The notes under the pieces: generated by a model | Database searches by the model: none | The model's input: the letters and a program-made list of their open reading frames with translations, nothing else | Told to the model about the DNA's origin: nothing | Translations under genes and position numbers: made by a program | DNA from: an uncultured Pseudomonadota bacterium | GTDB taxonomy: Bacteria > Pseudomonadota > Alphaproteobacteria > UBA9219 | Direction: 5' to 3' | NCBI GenBank assembly: GCA_903920205.1 | Contig: CAIXLI010000074.1 | Span: 1-62,144 of the forward strand | DNA: 62,144 nucleotides | Shown: piece by piece, positions 47,478 to 56,910 of the stretch | Layout: the number at the start of each line of letters is the position of its first letter | How positions within the stretch are numbered: position 1 is the stretch's first letter

Positions 47478-47976
47478 ATTTATCAGTGTTGGGCTTCGTT
47501 GCTGACAGGGCGGCGGCGGCGGCGGAGCACAGGCCGTTGGGCCAATGCTTTTTTAAGAACATCCGAAGCCAAACCAACGCGATCATCCTTTGATAGAGCG
47601 CGGGAGACAGCCAAAGGCAGGGCAATCCCTACGGCGCAGAGGGCAAAAAAGTGAAGACTTTTGACTCTTTTCGAAACCGACATCGCAACCAGCCCTGCAA
47701 ACTCCGTTCAAAAAAGGCGATCAGGCCCTATGGAACAGTATTACCATACCCCTCTTAAGAAACCATAAAAACACAGCCTTTCCTTATGGTTAACTAAGAC
47801 AGCCCTATGGAAAACAAGGGAAAACAAACGCCGTCCCGTTCTATTCCGCCCTGCGGCAAGCATGAGGTTATAGGGCTTTCCCTTTAAATATCTGTCGGCT
47901 ATGCATGGCGTGGATCAGGCTGGGGCTGATTCGCCTCTGGCTCCAGCGCAGGCCTGAAACAAAGGATTATCGACTT

Positions 47977-49137
47977 ATGGTTACCGACAAAGGTTTTTCT
48001 TGCCGCAGCTTCCGCAGCGCCGACGGGAATGCCGAACACTTCATCTCGATAACCGCGCCCGGAAACCTCGTTTTCGAGGAACAACTGGCCTATCTGCATG
48101 CGCGCCACGCCGAAGCCCAGCAGACGTTAGGGCTGAAGCCCGAAACCATCGTCTTCAAACGCCTCTTCGTCAGCGACGCGATCAATCAGGCTCCCGCCGT
48201 CCATGAAAGCCCTGTATTCAAGGAATCCGCCAACAACCTTGTGGCGGTCTCTTTCGTACAGCAGCCGCCTTTGCCTTATGCAAAAGCCGCTCTTTTGGCC
48301 TATCACATCGAAAGCAAGGCTCCGGTCAAGAAAACCCGCCTTTCCCCGCGCCATCTGCTGGTCGAGAAAAACAACACGCGTTATTTGTGGAGCACGCGCA
48401 TGTGCTGCGGCTCCCACGCGGCAACCTCGTCGGAAGAAGTCCAAACCCACGAACTTTTCGGCGACCTGATCGACACGCTGAAACATTACGGCGCTAACCT
48501 GAAAGACCATTGCGTTCGCACATGGCTTTACATGAAGGATGTCGATATTTTCTATCGCGGCATGGTCAGCAGCCGCCGCGATTTGTTTATTCAGGAAGGC
48601 CTGACGGAAGACACGCATTACATCGCCAGCACGGGCATTGAAGGAAGCTGCGACCATCAGTTCGACTTGGTTTCGATGGACGCCTATTCGATCCTCGGCC
48701 TCGATCAGGCACAGGTGTCCTATCTCAACGACTTCGATTATTTGTGCCCGACAAAGGATTACCGCGTTACCTTCGAACGCGGCACACGCATCGCCTATGC
48801 GGATCGCGCCCACCACTTTATTTCGGGAACAGCCAGCATCGACAGCCTTGGCAACACTATTCATCTTGGCGATGTCATGCGCCAACTAGAACGAACATTG
48901 GTCAATATTGATGTGCTTCTGAAATCGGGCGGCGCGACCATCGACGACATGATGTATTTCATCGTCTACCTCCGCGACGCCGCCGATTACGCCAGTGTCA
49001 ACGCCCGCCTGCGCGAACGCTTCCCCGCCGTGCCTATGGTCATCGTCGAAGGCGCGGTTTGCCGCCCCGATTGGCTGATCGAAATCGAAGGCATAGCGGT
49101 GGCGGCGCATGACGCCCCCAAACTGCCGTTGTTCTAA
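47977..49137 (+). CDS. Chorismatase-like protein (FkbO/Hyg5/XanB2 family, RidA-fold domains)
   Basis: Start at the internal ATG with AAAGGA upstream. HFISGTASIDSLGNTIHLGDVMRQLERTLVNIDVLL and the terminal LIEIEGIAV match my recollection of chorismatase/YjgF-fold C-terminal domains. Confidence 0.55.
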   Translation: MVTDKGFSCRSFRSADGNAEHFISITAPGNLVFEEQLAYLHARHAEAQQTLGLKPETIVFKRLFVSDAINQAPAVHESPVFKESANNLVAVSFVQQPPLPYAKAALLAYHIESKAPVKKTRLSPRHLLVEKNNTRYLWSTRMCCGSHAATSSEEVQTHELFGDLIDTLKHYGANLKDHCVRTWLYMKDVDIFYRGMVSSRRDLFIQEGLTEDTHYIASTGIEGSCDHQFDLVSMDAYSILGLDQAQVSYLNDFDYLCPTKDYRVTFERGTRIAYADRAHHFISGTASIDSLGNTIHLGDVMRQLERTLVNIDVLLKSGGATIDDMMYFIVYLRDAADYASVNARLRERFPAVPMVIVEGAVCRPDWLIEIEGIAVAAHDAPKLPLF

Positions 49138-49193
49138 CTTGACATGATACAGGAATGCTCTAACGCTTGAACGGTTACAGAGAGGATTAGAAA

Positions 49194-49895
49194 ATGCAGA
49201 ACAAAGACGCTTCTTTCGCCTATCTCGACGAGACCGCCATTAACGCGGCGGAGCTGAAAACGGCTCCTTATGAATGGGCGTATCTTCCCGACGCCATCCC
49301 TAATCGCTTTCTGGACGAAGTGCTGTCAGACGCGCCCAAGATTCCTACACGCGGCAGCTATGGCCTTCCCAGCTTGAAATACGGGCCTAAATTCGGCGCG
49401 GTGATCGAGGAGCTTCTTAGCGACCGTTTCCGCCATCTGGTCGAAAAGAAATTCAATATGGATTTAAGCAAAAATCCTCCGGTCATCGTGATGATGGGCA
49501 ACACTTCGGGCAAATATAACGAAGGCTATGCCCATCCGGATTCCAAGCACAAGATCGTTACCGTCATTGTCGGCTTTACCCGCGAATGGCCGTATGAGCG
49601 CGGACGTTTGCGTGTTTTGAACGGCCCCGACCGCGACGATTACGCTTTTGAATTCGCCCCCGAATTCGGCTGCATGTGGATGTTCAAGGTCAGCGACAAA
49701 TCATGGCACGGCTTCTTGCCCCAAAAAGGCCCGCGCATGAGCCTTCAACTTTGCTATTGCGACTCTGAAGCCTATGTGAAGAGCGAATATCGTCGTCACC
49801 GTTTCAGCGCGTTCATCAAGTCGATCCCCTTCTTGAACAAACTGCTCGGCATGATGCCTCGCCAGAACCCGAGCGCGAAAGCTCTTAAAAAGTAA
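49194..49895 (+). CDS. 2OG-Fe(II) oxygenase-like protein
   Basis: AHPDSKHK (HxD) and a distal SWHGF His, spaced as in the double-stranded beta-helix facial triad. Confidence 0.55.
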   Translation: MQNKDASFAYLDETAINAAELKTAPYEWAYLPDAIPNRFLDEVLSDAPKIPTRGSYGLPSLKYGPKFGAVIEELLSDRFRHLVEKKFNMDLSKNPPVIVMMGNTSGKYNEGYAHPDSKHKIVTVIVGFTREWPYERGRLRVLNGPDRDDYAFEFAPEFGCMWMFKVSDKSWHGFLPQKGPRMSLQLCYCDSEAYVKSEYRRHRFSAFIKSIPFLNKLLGMMPRQNPSAKALKK

Positions 49896-49905
49896 GGAAC
49901 ATCCT

Positions 49906-50589
49906 ATGAGCATTTTTGATCTTCCCGCTCCCGCCGATGTCGCGGCGCATTTTTGCGACGCGCTTAGCAAATCGCGGCGCGATCCCGATCCTTACATTCA
50001 TTGGACCTTGTCCAATGCGTTGCCGGAAATCGTCGCAGGCAACATTATGATGCTGCCGATCAAGCCTCCTTTGATTGATGAGTGCGGCGGCGTGCGTGAT
50101 TTGAACGACAACAACAACAAGCGCAGTTTCTTTTCGCCAAAACTTCGGGCCGATTTTCCGGTCTGCGCCGTTTTGTCGGAAGCCCTGCAACGCCCCGAAG
50201 TCGCCCGACTCTGCGCCAAGACTTTCGATATCGAAGTCGAAGGCAGCTATCTGCGCACGGAATATATCCAAGACACGGACGGCGCATGGCTGGAACCGCA
50301 TCACGATATTCCAGAAAAGCTGTTTTCGATGGTCATCTATCTGTGCACGGGGCCGGAGGCCAAAGGCTGGGGCACCGATATTTACGACCACGACAGAAAA
50401 TGGTGCGGACGCGCGACGGCGACCTTCAATTCCGCCGTCGTCTTTGTGCCCGGCGAACACACATGGCACGGCTATGACAAACGCCCGATTTTGGGCGTGC
50501 GCCGCCTGATGGAAATCAACTATGTCCGCCCCAGCTGGCGCGACCGCGACCAGCTCTCTTTCCCGGACAGGCCGATTAAGACGACGTAG
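49906..50589 (+). CDS. 2OG-Fe(II) oxygenase-like protein (paralogous architecture)
   Basis: LEPHHDIPEK (HxD) and EHTWHGYD. Same layout as the upstream gene, 10 nt away. Confidence 0.55.
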   Translation: MSIFDLPAPADVAAHFCDALSKSRRDPDPYIHWTLSNALPEIVAGNIMMLPIKPPLIDECGGVRDLNDNNNKRSFFSPKLRADFPVCAVLSEALQRPEVARLCAKTFDIEVEGSYLRTEYIQDTDGAWLEPHHDIPEKLFSMVIYLCTGPEAKGWGTDIYDHDRKWCGRATATFNSAVVFVPGEHTWHGYDKRPILGVRRLMEINYVRPSWRDRDQLSFPDRPIKTT

Positions 50590-50622
50590 ACCTTGGTGAT
50601 CTTAACATAGGGAGGAATAAAT

Positions 50623-50814
50623 ATGCCTTGGGTCACGGTTAACATCTTGTCCGGTCACGGCGAGGACAAGAAAGCCAGACTGCACGAGGAAGTCGCCAAA
50701 GCCGTATATACGACGCTGGATATCCCGCCCGACTGGGTTAAAATCCAGATCGTCGAGATGAAAGATGCCGATCATTCGATCGGTGGCGTGACCGTGGACA
50801 AGATCAAACCATAA
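50623..50814 (+). CDS. 4-oxalocrotonate tautomerase family enzyme
   Basis: 63 aa, starts MP (catalytic Pro1), beta-alpha-beta size and pattern. Confidence 0.75.
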   Translation: MPWVTVNILSGHGEDKKARLHEEVAKAVYTTLDIPPDWVKIQIVEMKDADHSIGGVTVDKIKP

Positions 50815-50884
50815 GGGGATCGTTTACAATTGCCGTTAGTTCTGGACAACCCCAGAAAAGCCATATATTCTTACACATAAAAGT

Positions 50885-51184
50885 ATGGTCTCTCAAATGC
50901 AGGGAAGTTCGTTTGAATGGGATGAGGTTAAGGATAGCCTCAACCAGAAGAAACATGGTGTTTCATTTGATCTGGCACAACAGGTCTTTGACGACCCCAA
51001 AAGGATTATCGTCCGCGACGTAGAACACGAAAAGGGCGAGAAAAGATTCTTTTGCATGGGTTTGGTTAAGGGAGGGATCCTAACCGTACGTTTTAGCTTT
51101 TGGCGCAAAAAGATTTGCATTTTTGGCGCCGCCATTTGGCGGCAAGGGAGGAAGCGTTATGAAGAAGAAAATAAAATATACTGA
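50885..51184 (+). CDS. brnT: BrnT (DUF497) toxin
   Basis: SSFEWDEVKDSLNQKKHGVSFDLAQQVFDDP...EKRFFCMGLVKGGILTV. Confidence 0.8.
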   Translation: MVSQMQGSSFEWDEVKDSLNQKKHGVSFDLAQQVFDDPKRIIVRDVEHEKGEKRFFCMGLVKGGILTVRFSFWRKKICIFGAAIWRQGRKRYEEENKIY

Positions 51185-51398
51185 CGGCACCCTGCGTATG
51201 GGCGAGCGCGTCAAAGATTTTCTGCCGCCCCCTTCACAGTTGGTGAAGAAGGAAAAAACCGTTAAAGTTACGCTGGAACTAACTGAAGACAGCGTCGATT
51301 TTTTTAAGCGGCAAGCCGTACGCGAAGCCGTCCCCTATCAACGCATGTTGAGGGGGCTTATCGACCTTTATACCAAACAATACCAGACAATGGTCTAA
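51159..51398 (+). CDS. brnA: BrnA-type antitoxin (CopG/RHH-like)
   Basis: ATG at 51159 with GGGAGGAAG upstream. KTVKVTLELTEDSVDFFKRQA...YQRMLRGLIDLY. Overlaps the brnT end. Confidence 0.7.
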   Translation: MKKKIKYTDGTLRMGERVKDFLPPPSQLVKKEKTVKVTLELTEDSVDFFKRQAVREAVPYQRMLRGLIDLYTKQYQTMV

Positions 51399-51403
51399 TC
51401 CCC

Positions 51404-52357
51404 ATGCAAACCCTCGATTTTGAAAAATCAGTTGTCGACCTTGAATCCAAGATTGACGAGCTGCGGCATTTGTCCGACGGCGGTCATGTCAATATCGCTG
51501 TCGAGATCGGCAAGCTTCAGGACAAGGTAGACAAGCAATTGCACCACCTGTACGGCAAGCTGACTCCCGCGCAAAAGGTCCAAGTAGCACGTCACACCGA
51601 CCGCCCCCATTGTCTGGATTACATCCGCGCCTTGATCGAAGACTTCACGCCTTTGGCGGGCGACCGCGCTTTCGCCGAGGATGAAGCGATCATCGGAGGC
51701 CTAGGGCGTTTTCGAGGACAGTCCTGCGTCATCATCGGGCAGGAACGCGGTCACGACACCGAAAGCCGCATCAAGCATAATTTCGGCATGGCGAAACCCG
51801 AGGGCTATCGCAAGGCGCAACGCCTGATGAATCTGGCGGATCATTTTGGGCTTCCGATCATTACCTTGGTCGATACCGCGGGTGCCTTCCCAGGTGTCGA
51901 TGCCGAAGCACGCGGACAGGCCGAGGCCATCGCCCGTTCTATCGAGACCTGTTTGCGCGTTTCCGTACCGCTTATCACATGCATCATCGGTGAAGGCGGT
52001 TCGGGCGGTGCTATCGCCTTGGCGGCGGGCGACCGCGTTTTGATGCTGGAACATGCGATTTATTCCGTCATTTCGCCCGAAGGCTGCGCATCGATCTTGT
52101 GGCGCAATCCCGCGAATGCGGCGGATGCGGCAGCCGCCTTGCGCCTGACCGCGCAGGATCTCCTGCAACTGGGCATCATCGACCGCATCATCGCCGAACC
52201 CGTTGGCGGCGCGCATCGCAATCGGGATCAAATCATCGAAGCCGTCGGCGACGCGCTCGCCAAGGCGCTGGCCGAAGTTTCTGGCCTCGACAAAAAATCT
52301 CTCGTCGCCGTACGGCATGAGAAGTTTTTGGCGATGGGTCAAAAAGGATTGTCCTAA
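51404..52357 (+). CDS. accA: Acetyl-CoA carboxylase carboxyltransferase alpha subunit
   Basis: DTAGAFPGVDAEARGQAEAIARS and IGEGGSGGALA blocks. Confidence 0.95.
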   Translation: MQTLDFEKSVVDLESKIDELRHLSDGGHVNIAVEIGKLQDKVDKQLHHLYGKLTPAQKVQVARHTDRPHCLDYIRALIEDFTPLAGDRAFAEDEAIIGGLGRFRGQSCVIIGQERGHDTESRIKHNFGMAKPEGYRKAQRLMNLADHFGLPIITLVDTAGAFPGVDAEARGQAEAIARSIETCLRVSVPLITCIIGEGGSGGAIALAAGDRVLMLEHAIYSVISPEGCASILWRNPANAADAAAALRLTAQDLLQLGIIDRIIAEPVGGAHRNRDQIIEAVGDALAKALAEVSGLDKKSLVAVRHEKFLAMGQKGLS

Positions 52358-52411
52358 GAATGCATTCCCCTCCCCCTTGTGGGGAGGGAATCTACAGCCC
52401 TGCACCCAATC

Positions 52412-53014
52412 ATGCCACGCCCCCTCCCCTCCCGCCTCGTCATCGCCACCCACAACGCCGGAAAATTGCGAGAATTTTCCGCGTTGCTGCGCCCTTATGT
52501 GCCCGAGATCGTCTCGTCGGGAGATTTGGGTATTCCCTCGCCCGAGGAAACCGGTGCGACCTTCGCCGAAAACGCCCTTATCAAAGCCCAAGCAGCCGCC
52601 AAGGCCACAGGAAGCCTCGCTCTGGCGGATGACAGCGGGTTATGCGTCACAGCTTTAGGCGGGCAACCAGGCATATATTCGGCGCGATGGGCGGATCAGG
52701 CCAACGGCATCGCAGGCGCGATGCAGCGCATCCAAAATGAATTGGGCGACACAGCGGACCGTTCGGCGTATTTCATCTGCGCCTTGGCACTATACTGGCC
52801 CGACGGGCACAGCGAAACCGTCGAAGGGCGCATCAACGGCACACTCGCGCACGCGCCTCGCGGCACACTGGGGCATGGTTACGACCCTATTTTTGTGCCC
52901 GAGGGATACACGACCACCTTTGCCGAAATGCGCGACGAAGAAAAAAACGCCATGAGTCATAGAGGGTTGGCGATTAAGGCGCTGGTGAAAACATTTTTCG
53001 CGCAGAAACACTAG
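52412..53014 (+). CDS. rdgB: Non-canonical purine NTP pyrophosphatase (RdgB/HAM1)
   Basis: LVIATHNAGKLREF, ADDSGLCVTALGGQPGIYSARW, GHGYDPIF. Confidence 0.9.
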   Translation: MPRPLPSRLVIATHNAGKLREFSALLRPYVPEIVSSGDLGIPSPEETGATFAENALIKAQAAAKATGSLALADDSGLCVTALGGQPGIYSARWADQANGIAGAMQRIQNELGDTADRSAYFICALALYWPDGHSETVEGRINGTLAHAPRGTLGHGYDPIFVPEGYTTTFAEMRDEEKNAMSHRGLAIKALVKTFFAQKH

Positions 53015-53094
53015 ATAATCTCTCCGCTTCAGACACTATTAACCAAATTCTGCTAAACAACGGCTGCCTTCCTTCTGAACAGAAAGAGTCAGCC

Positions 53095-54081
53095 ATGACC
53101 GAGAATATTCACGCTTTCGCCACCGACGAACCTCCCGAAATCCAAGTTCGTTCGCATGACCGTTATCATGCGGTGATGAAAGCTTGCGCGGCATTGCCTC
53201 CTGTTGTGACAGCCGTGGTACATCCGGTCGACGAGCTTGTTCTTCGATCCATCCAGAACGCCGTACAAGAAAACCTGATTACGCCCATTCTTGTCGGCCC
53301 GACCGACCGCATCACGAAAGTCGCCGCCGAATCCGGAATTGATATTTCGGGATGGCAAATTGTTGACGCCAAATACAGCCATGCCGCCGCCGACAAAGCC
53401 GCCGAGCTTGCCGCTGCCGGCACAGTAGAAGCCATCATGAAGGGCTCCCTGCACACGGACGAAGTTTTGTTCCCCGTCGTCGCCCCCACATCGGGTTTGC
53501 GCACAGGACGGCGTCTATCCCATTCCTATGTCATGGACACCTCTGGCTACCACAAGTGGTTGATCGTGACGGACGCGGTCGTGAATATCGCACCGGATCT
53601 GGGAACCAAGGCCGATATTTGCCGCAATGCTTCCGATGTCTGGCGCGCTTTGACCAACGAAAGCCGTTTGCCGAAGATCGCAGTTTTGGCTGCCGTCGAA
53701 GTCGTTAATCCGAAAATGCAAGCGACTTTGGACGCCGCAGCCTTGTGCAAAATGGCCGAACGCGGACAAATCACCGATTGCATTATCGACGGGCCTTTGG
53801 CTTTCGACAACGCGATCAGCAAAGAAGCGGCGGCTGAAAAAGGCATCATCTCCGCCGTAGCGGGAGACCCCGACATCTTGCTGACGCCGGATATCGAAGC
53901 GGGCAACATCCTCGCCAAGCAGTTATCCTTCATCAACCACGCCGATGCCGCAGGCATCGTCATGGGTGCACGCGTGCCATTGATCCTCACCAGCCGCGCC
54001 GACAGCCTGCGCACACGGTTGTTGTCCTGCGCTTTGGCTGTTTTGGTCGCACAAGCCCGTCGGGAAGGTCGCATAAAATGA
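53095..54081 (+). CDS. pta: Phosphate acetyl/butyryl-transferase (PTA_PTB domain only)
   Basis: 328 aa. GSLHT, DGPLAFDNA and the LLTPDIEAGNILAK pattern. Translationally coupled to ackA with a 4-nt overlap. Confidence 0.8.
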   Translation: MTENIHAFATDEPPEIQVRSHDRYHAVMKACAALPPVVTAVVHPVDELVLRSIQNAVQENLITPILVGPTDRITKVAAESGIDISGWQIVDAKYSHAAADKAAELAAAGTVEAIMKGSLHTDEVLFPVVAPTSGLRTGRRLSHSYVMDTSGYHKWLIVTDAVVNIAPDLGTKADICRNASDVWRALTNESRLPKIAVLAAVEVVNPKMQATLDAAALCKMAERGQITDCIIDGPLAFDNAISKEAAAEKGIISAVAGDPDILLTPDIEAGNILAKQLSFINHADAAGIVMGARVPLILTSRADSLRTRLLSCALAVLVAQARREGRIK

Positions 54082-55202
54082 TTGATACGCTTCTGATTAT
54101 CAACGCTGGTTCATCAAGCGTTAAGTTCCAGCTCTTTGGTCGCAGCCAAGGTTTGCCGCGTTTGGCGACAGGCAGCGTGACGGGCATCGGCACAGCGCCA
54201 GTTCTCGCCGCCGAAAATGACGAAACGGGGGCAAAAATCAAGATCAACTTGCCTCTCGACGAAACCCAGAAACAGGCGGTGCGCCGGATTATCGATTGGA
54301 TCAACAGCCTGCATGCGGGATGGAAAATTACCGCCGTTGTGCATCGCTTCGTGCATGGCGGATCGGAATTTTTCGAGCCCACGCTTATCACCTCCGACAT
54401 CTTCCACCGCCTGAAAAGGCTTATCCCCTTGGCGCCCCTGCATCAGCAGCACCATCTCTCCGCTGTGGGCGTCATCATGCGTTTTATGCCGATGATCCCG
54501 CAAATCGCCTGTTTCGACACGGCCTTTCACAACGGGCGCGAGGCGAAGTTTATTAACTTTGCTCTTCCGCAAGAAATCACCAATAAAGGCGTGCATCGCT
54601 ACGGCTTCCACGGCCTTTCTTACGCGTGGACGGCACAAGTTCTGAAGAAGGAATACCCTGAATTGGCCTCTGGTCGCGTTGTCGCGGCGCATTTGGGCAA
54701 CGGGGCAAGCCTCTGCGCGATGAAAAACGGCAGAAGCGTCGACACGACGATGGGCATGACCGTTCTTGACGGACTGCCGATGGGAACGCGTTGCGGGGCT
54801 ATCGACGGCGGCGTTATCTTTTACATCATCCGCGAATTGGGCATGCGTCTGGAAGACGTCGAACGCATGCTTTACATGGACTCAGGCCTGAAAGGACTGT
54901 CGGGCATCAGCAACGACGTCAAAGCCCTGCTGGACAGCCCCGACCCGCGCGCCAAATACGCGCTTGATTACTTCGCGCTTCATATCGCCAAGTATATCGC
55001 GGCCATGGCTGTTTCCATCGGCGGCATCGACGCGCTGGTTTTCACTGGCGGCATCGGCGAACATGCGGAACCTGTGCGCAAGGCAGTTTTGGAACATCTT
55101 GCGTTCCTGAACCTTCCCCGCGTGCTAATCATCCCCGCGAACGAAGAACGATTTATGGCGGAACAGGCTTTGGTTTGTCTGGCCAATAAAAATCGCCGTT
55201 AA
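54078..55202 (+). CDS. ackA: Acetate/propionate kinase
   Basis: LIINAGSSSVKFQLF, HRFVHGG, GFHGLSY, HLGNGAS, FTGGIGE. Confidence 0.9.
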   Translation: MIDTLLIINAGSSSVKFQLFGRSQGLPRLATGSVTGIGTAPVLAAENDETGAKIKINLPLDETQKQAVRRIIDWINSLHAGWKITAVVHRFVHGGSEFFEPTLITSDIFHRLKRLIPLAPLHQQHHLSAVGVIMRFMPMIPQIACFDTAFHNGREAKFINFALPQEITNKGVHRYGFHGLSYAWTAQVLKKEYPELASGRVVAAHLGNGASLCAMKNGRSVDTTMGMTVLDGLPMGTRCGAIDGGVIFYIIRELGMRLEDVERMLYMDSGLKGLSGISNDVKALLDSPDPRAKYALDYFALHIAKYIAAMAVSIGGIDALVFTGGIGEHAEPVRKAVLEHLAFLNLPRVLIIPANEERFMAEQALVCLANKNRR

Positions 55203-56152
55203 TTCCCGATCACCACGCGCCGCATAGCAAGCTCCAGCATATCGGAGGTAATAAGGCGTTCCGCCCCTTTGCCGCCCATGCGCTGGCGATAAAGCGCGGA
55301 GGTCTGGCACAGCACAACGACGTCTTCGATCTGAGCCGGATTTGTGACGTTGAGCAAGACGCGCGCGATGAACCCGTCACGCGAGATGTCCGTCAGGCGA
55401 TACCCCGCCTTGATCGTCCGGTCGAGATAAAACTCCGCGACTCCCGCCAGCATGCGATGAACATCGGCCTGCAAAGGCTGAGCAGGCTCGGGCACAACAG
55501 GCGCACCGGGCAAGATTAGCGTCACGCCGAATAGATGATCGGCCTCGCTGCCCGCGATCAGTTTATTCGTCGTGCCGATAACCAGCATATGGCGCAGTTC
55601 CGATGTCGCCTCGATCAGCGCATCGAGTTCAACCAGAAGCTCTTCATCACCCCGCTCATCGATCAGATCGAGACGCGGCAGCAAAAGCATAACCTTCCGA
55701 TTACGCGCCCGCATCGCCAAGTGCTTAGCCCGCGCCAAAGCATCGACGTTGCGGGGATTGTGAACGATGATAATGCGATCAAACGAGGCTTCTGCGGCGA
55801 TACGTTTGGCGAGCGCCTTTTTTCCCGACAAAGCGGGCCCCGCGATCAAAATTTCGTTACCGAGCCTTAATTCGGCATAGGCTTCAGGGTGGCTGGCGCG
55901 ATCGATAAGGTCGCGGATATCGCTCATAATATCGTCGACCCCCGCCAGCTGTACATTCAGCCCCGCCACCTCGATAATCTCCAAACTCAGCTCGACCGCA
56001 TGTTTGCGCTTGCGCCGCTCAATCAAAAATTCCAGTAAAACAGGCAACAAAACAACCGCCTCCAGCAAGGCGGCGACGGTCACAATTTGATCGCTAAGGG
56101 TTAGCATGAGGCGTGGTTCGTGGTTCAGGGGGCGGTAACCGCCGGAAAACAC
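55199..56152 (-). CDS. Membrane-anchored AAA+ ATPase-like protein with atypical Walker A
   Basis: N-terminal TM (IVTVAALLEAVVLLPVLLEFLI). GPALSGKKALAKRIA has GKK instead of GK[ST]. VMLLLPRLDLIDE is Walker-B-like. VIGTTN is sensor-1-like. Confidence 0.6.
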   Translation of the reverse strand: MFSGGYRPLNHEPRLMLTLSDQIVTVAALLEAVVLLPVLLEFLIERRKRKHAVELSLEIIEVAGLNVQLAGVDDIMSDIRDLIDRASHPEAYAELRLGNEILIAGPALSGKKALAKRIAAEASFDRIIIVHNPRNVDALARAKHLAMRARNRKVMLLLPRLDLIDERGDEELLVELDALIEATSELRHMLVIGTTNKLIAGSEADHLFGVTLILPGAPVVPEPAQPLQADVHRMLAGVAEFYLDRTIKAGYRLTDISRDGFIARVLLNVTNPAQIEDVVVLCQTSALYRQRMGGKGAERLITSDMLELAMRRVVIGN

Positions 56153-56277
56153 AGTATACCTTATGAACAGGCGGGGGTTAACATAATTTCAGATTTTGTT
56201 CTTCCAGTCCCCTCCCCCCCTTGTTTCTGCCCCAATCTTGCCATAGGAACTTAGTAAAGGTAGGCTCGAAAGAGAGA

Positions 56278-56757
56278 ATGAACTTGATGAGTATCTTTGG
56301 CTCAATCCTTTCCGGAGCAATTCTTGTAACCGCCCTCGGCGCGGCGACGCCCGCTTGCGCGGGCGATGGCACCATTTTAGGTACGGGGCTCGGCGCAGCA
56401 ATCGGCGGATTATTCGGCAGCCAGATAGGGCGTGGCTCGGGGCAGCTTGTGGCGACGGGCGTAGGAGTCGCCGTGGGCGGATTGATCGGCAACGACATCG
56501 GCCATGAAATGGACGCGCCGTCTCCTCACTACTCCAGCGGAAGCTCCGCTATATACAGCGAGTCTGCGCCGCTTGACTTCAACGCCTATACGCCGAATTA
56601 CGTCGCGCCTCCGGCCCCGCCTCCCACTTACGCCAATCCCGAGGCCGGAACCTATTGCCGTGAGTATTCGCAAGAAATCCGCATAGCGGGACAAGTGCAG
56701 GAAAGCTATGGCACCGCGTGTCTACAGCCCGACGGATCGTGGCGCACCGTTCAGTAA
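56278..56757 (+). CDS. 17-kDa surface antigen / glycine-zipper outer-membrane protein family
   Basis: Signal peptide ending ACAGD. GLGAAIGGLFGSQIG...GVGVAVGGLIGNDIG. C-terminal YCREYSQEI...GTACLQPDGSW motif. Confidence 0.75.
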   Translation: MNLMSIFGSILSGAILVTALGAATPACAGDGTILGTGLGAAIGGLFGSQIGRGSGQLVATGVGVAVGGLIGNDIGHEMDAPSPHYSSGSSAIYSESAPLDFNAYTPNYVAPPAPPPTYANPEAGTYCREYSQEIRIAGQVQESYGTACLQPDGSWRTVQ

Positions 56758-56910
56758 GAGTGCCTGTCCGCAGCTAAAGATCCTCGACTATCCGTTCTCT
56801 CACATCATTCGATAAAGGACGTGCATGGTTGTTTACGTCCTTTTCGGCACCCCTAGTGCTCTACAACAATTTTTCAAACCTTTTCTTCAGTATTGACCGC
56901 CCTAGCGCGT

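Noticed and set aside
47483-47683. 66-aa minus-strand ORF (signal-peptide-like N-terminus, RRRRR tail) downstream of nadC
   Set aside because: It could be a small secreted protein. However, the Arg run comes from a GCC/GCG repeat, there is no clear RBS and it is very short. Evidence is insufficient to list it as a feature.
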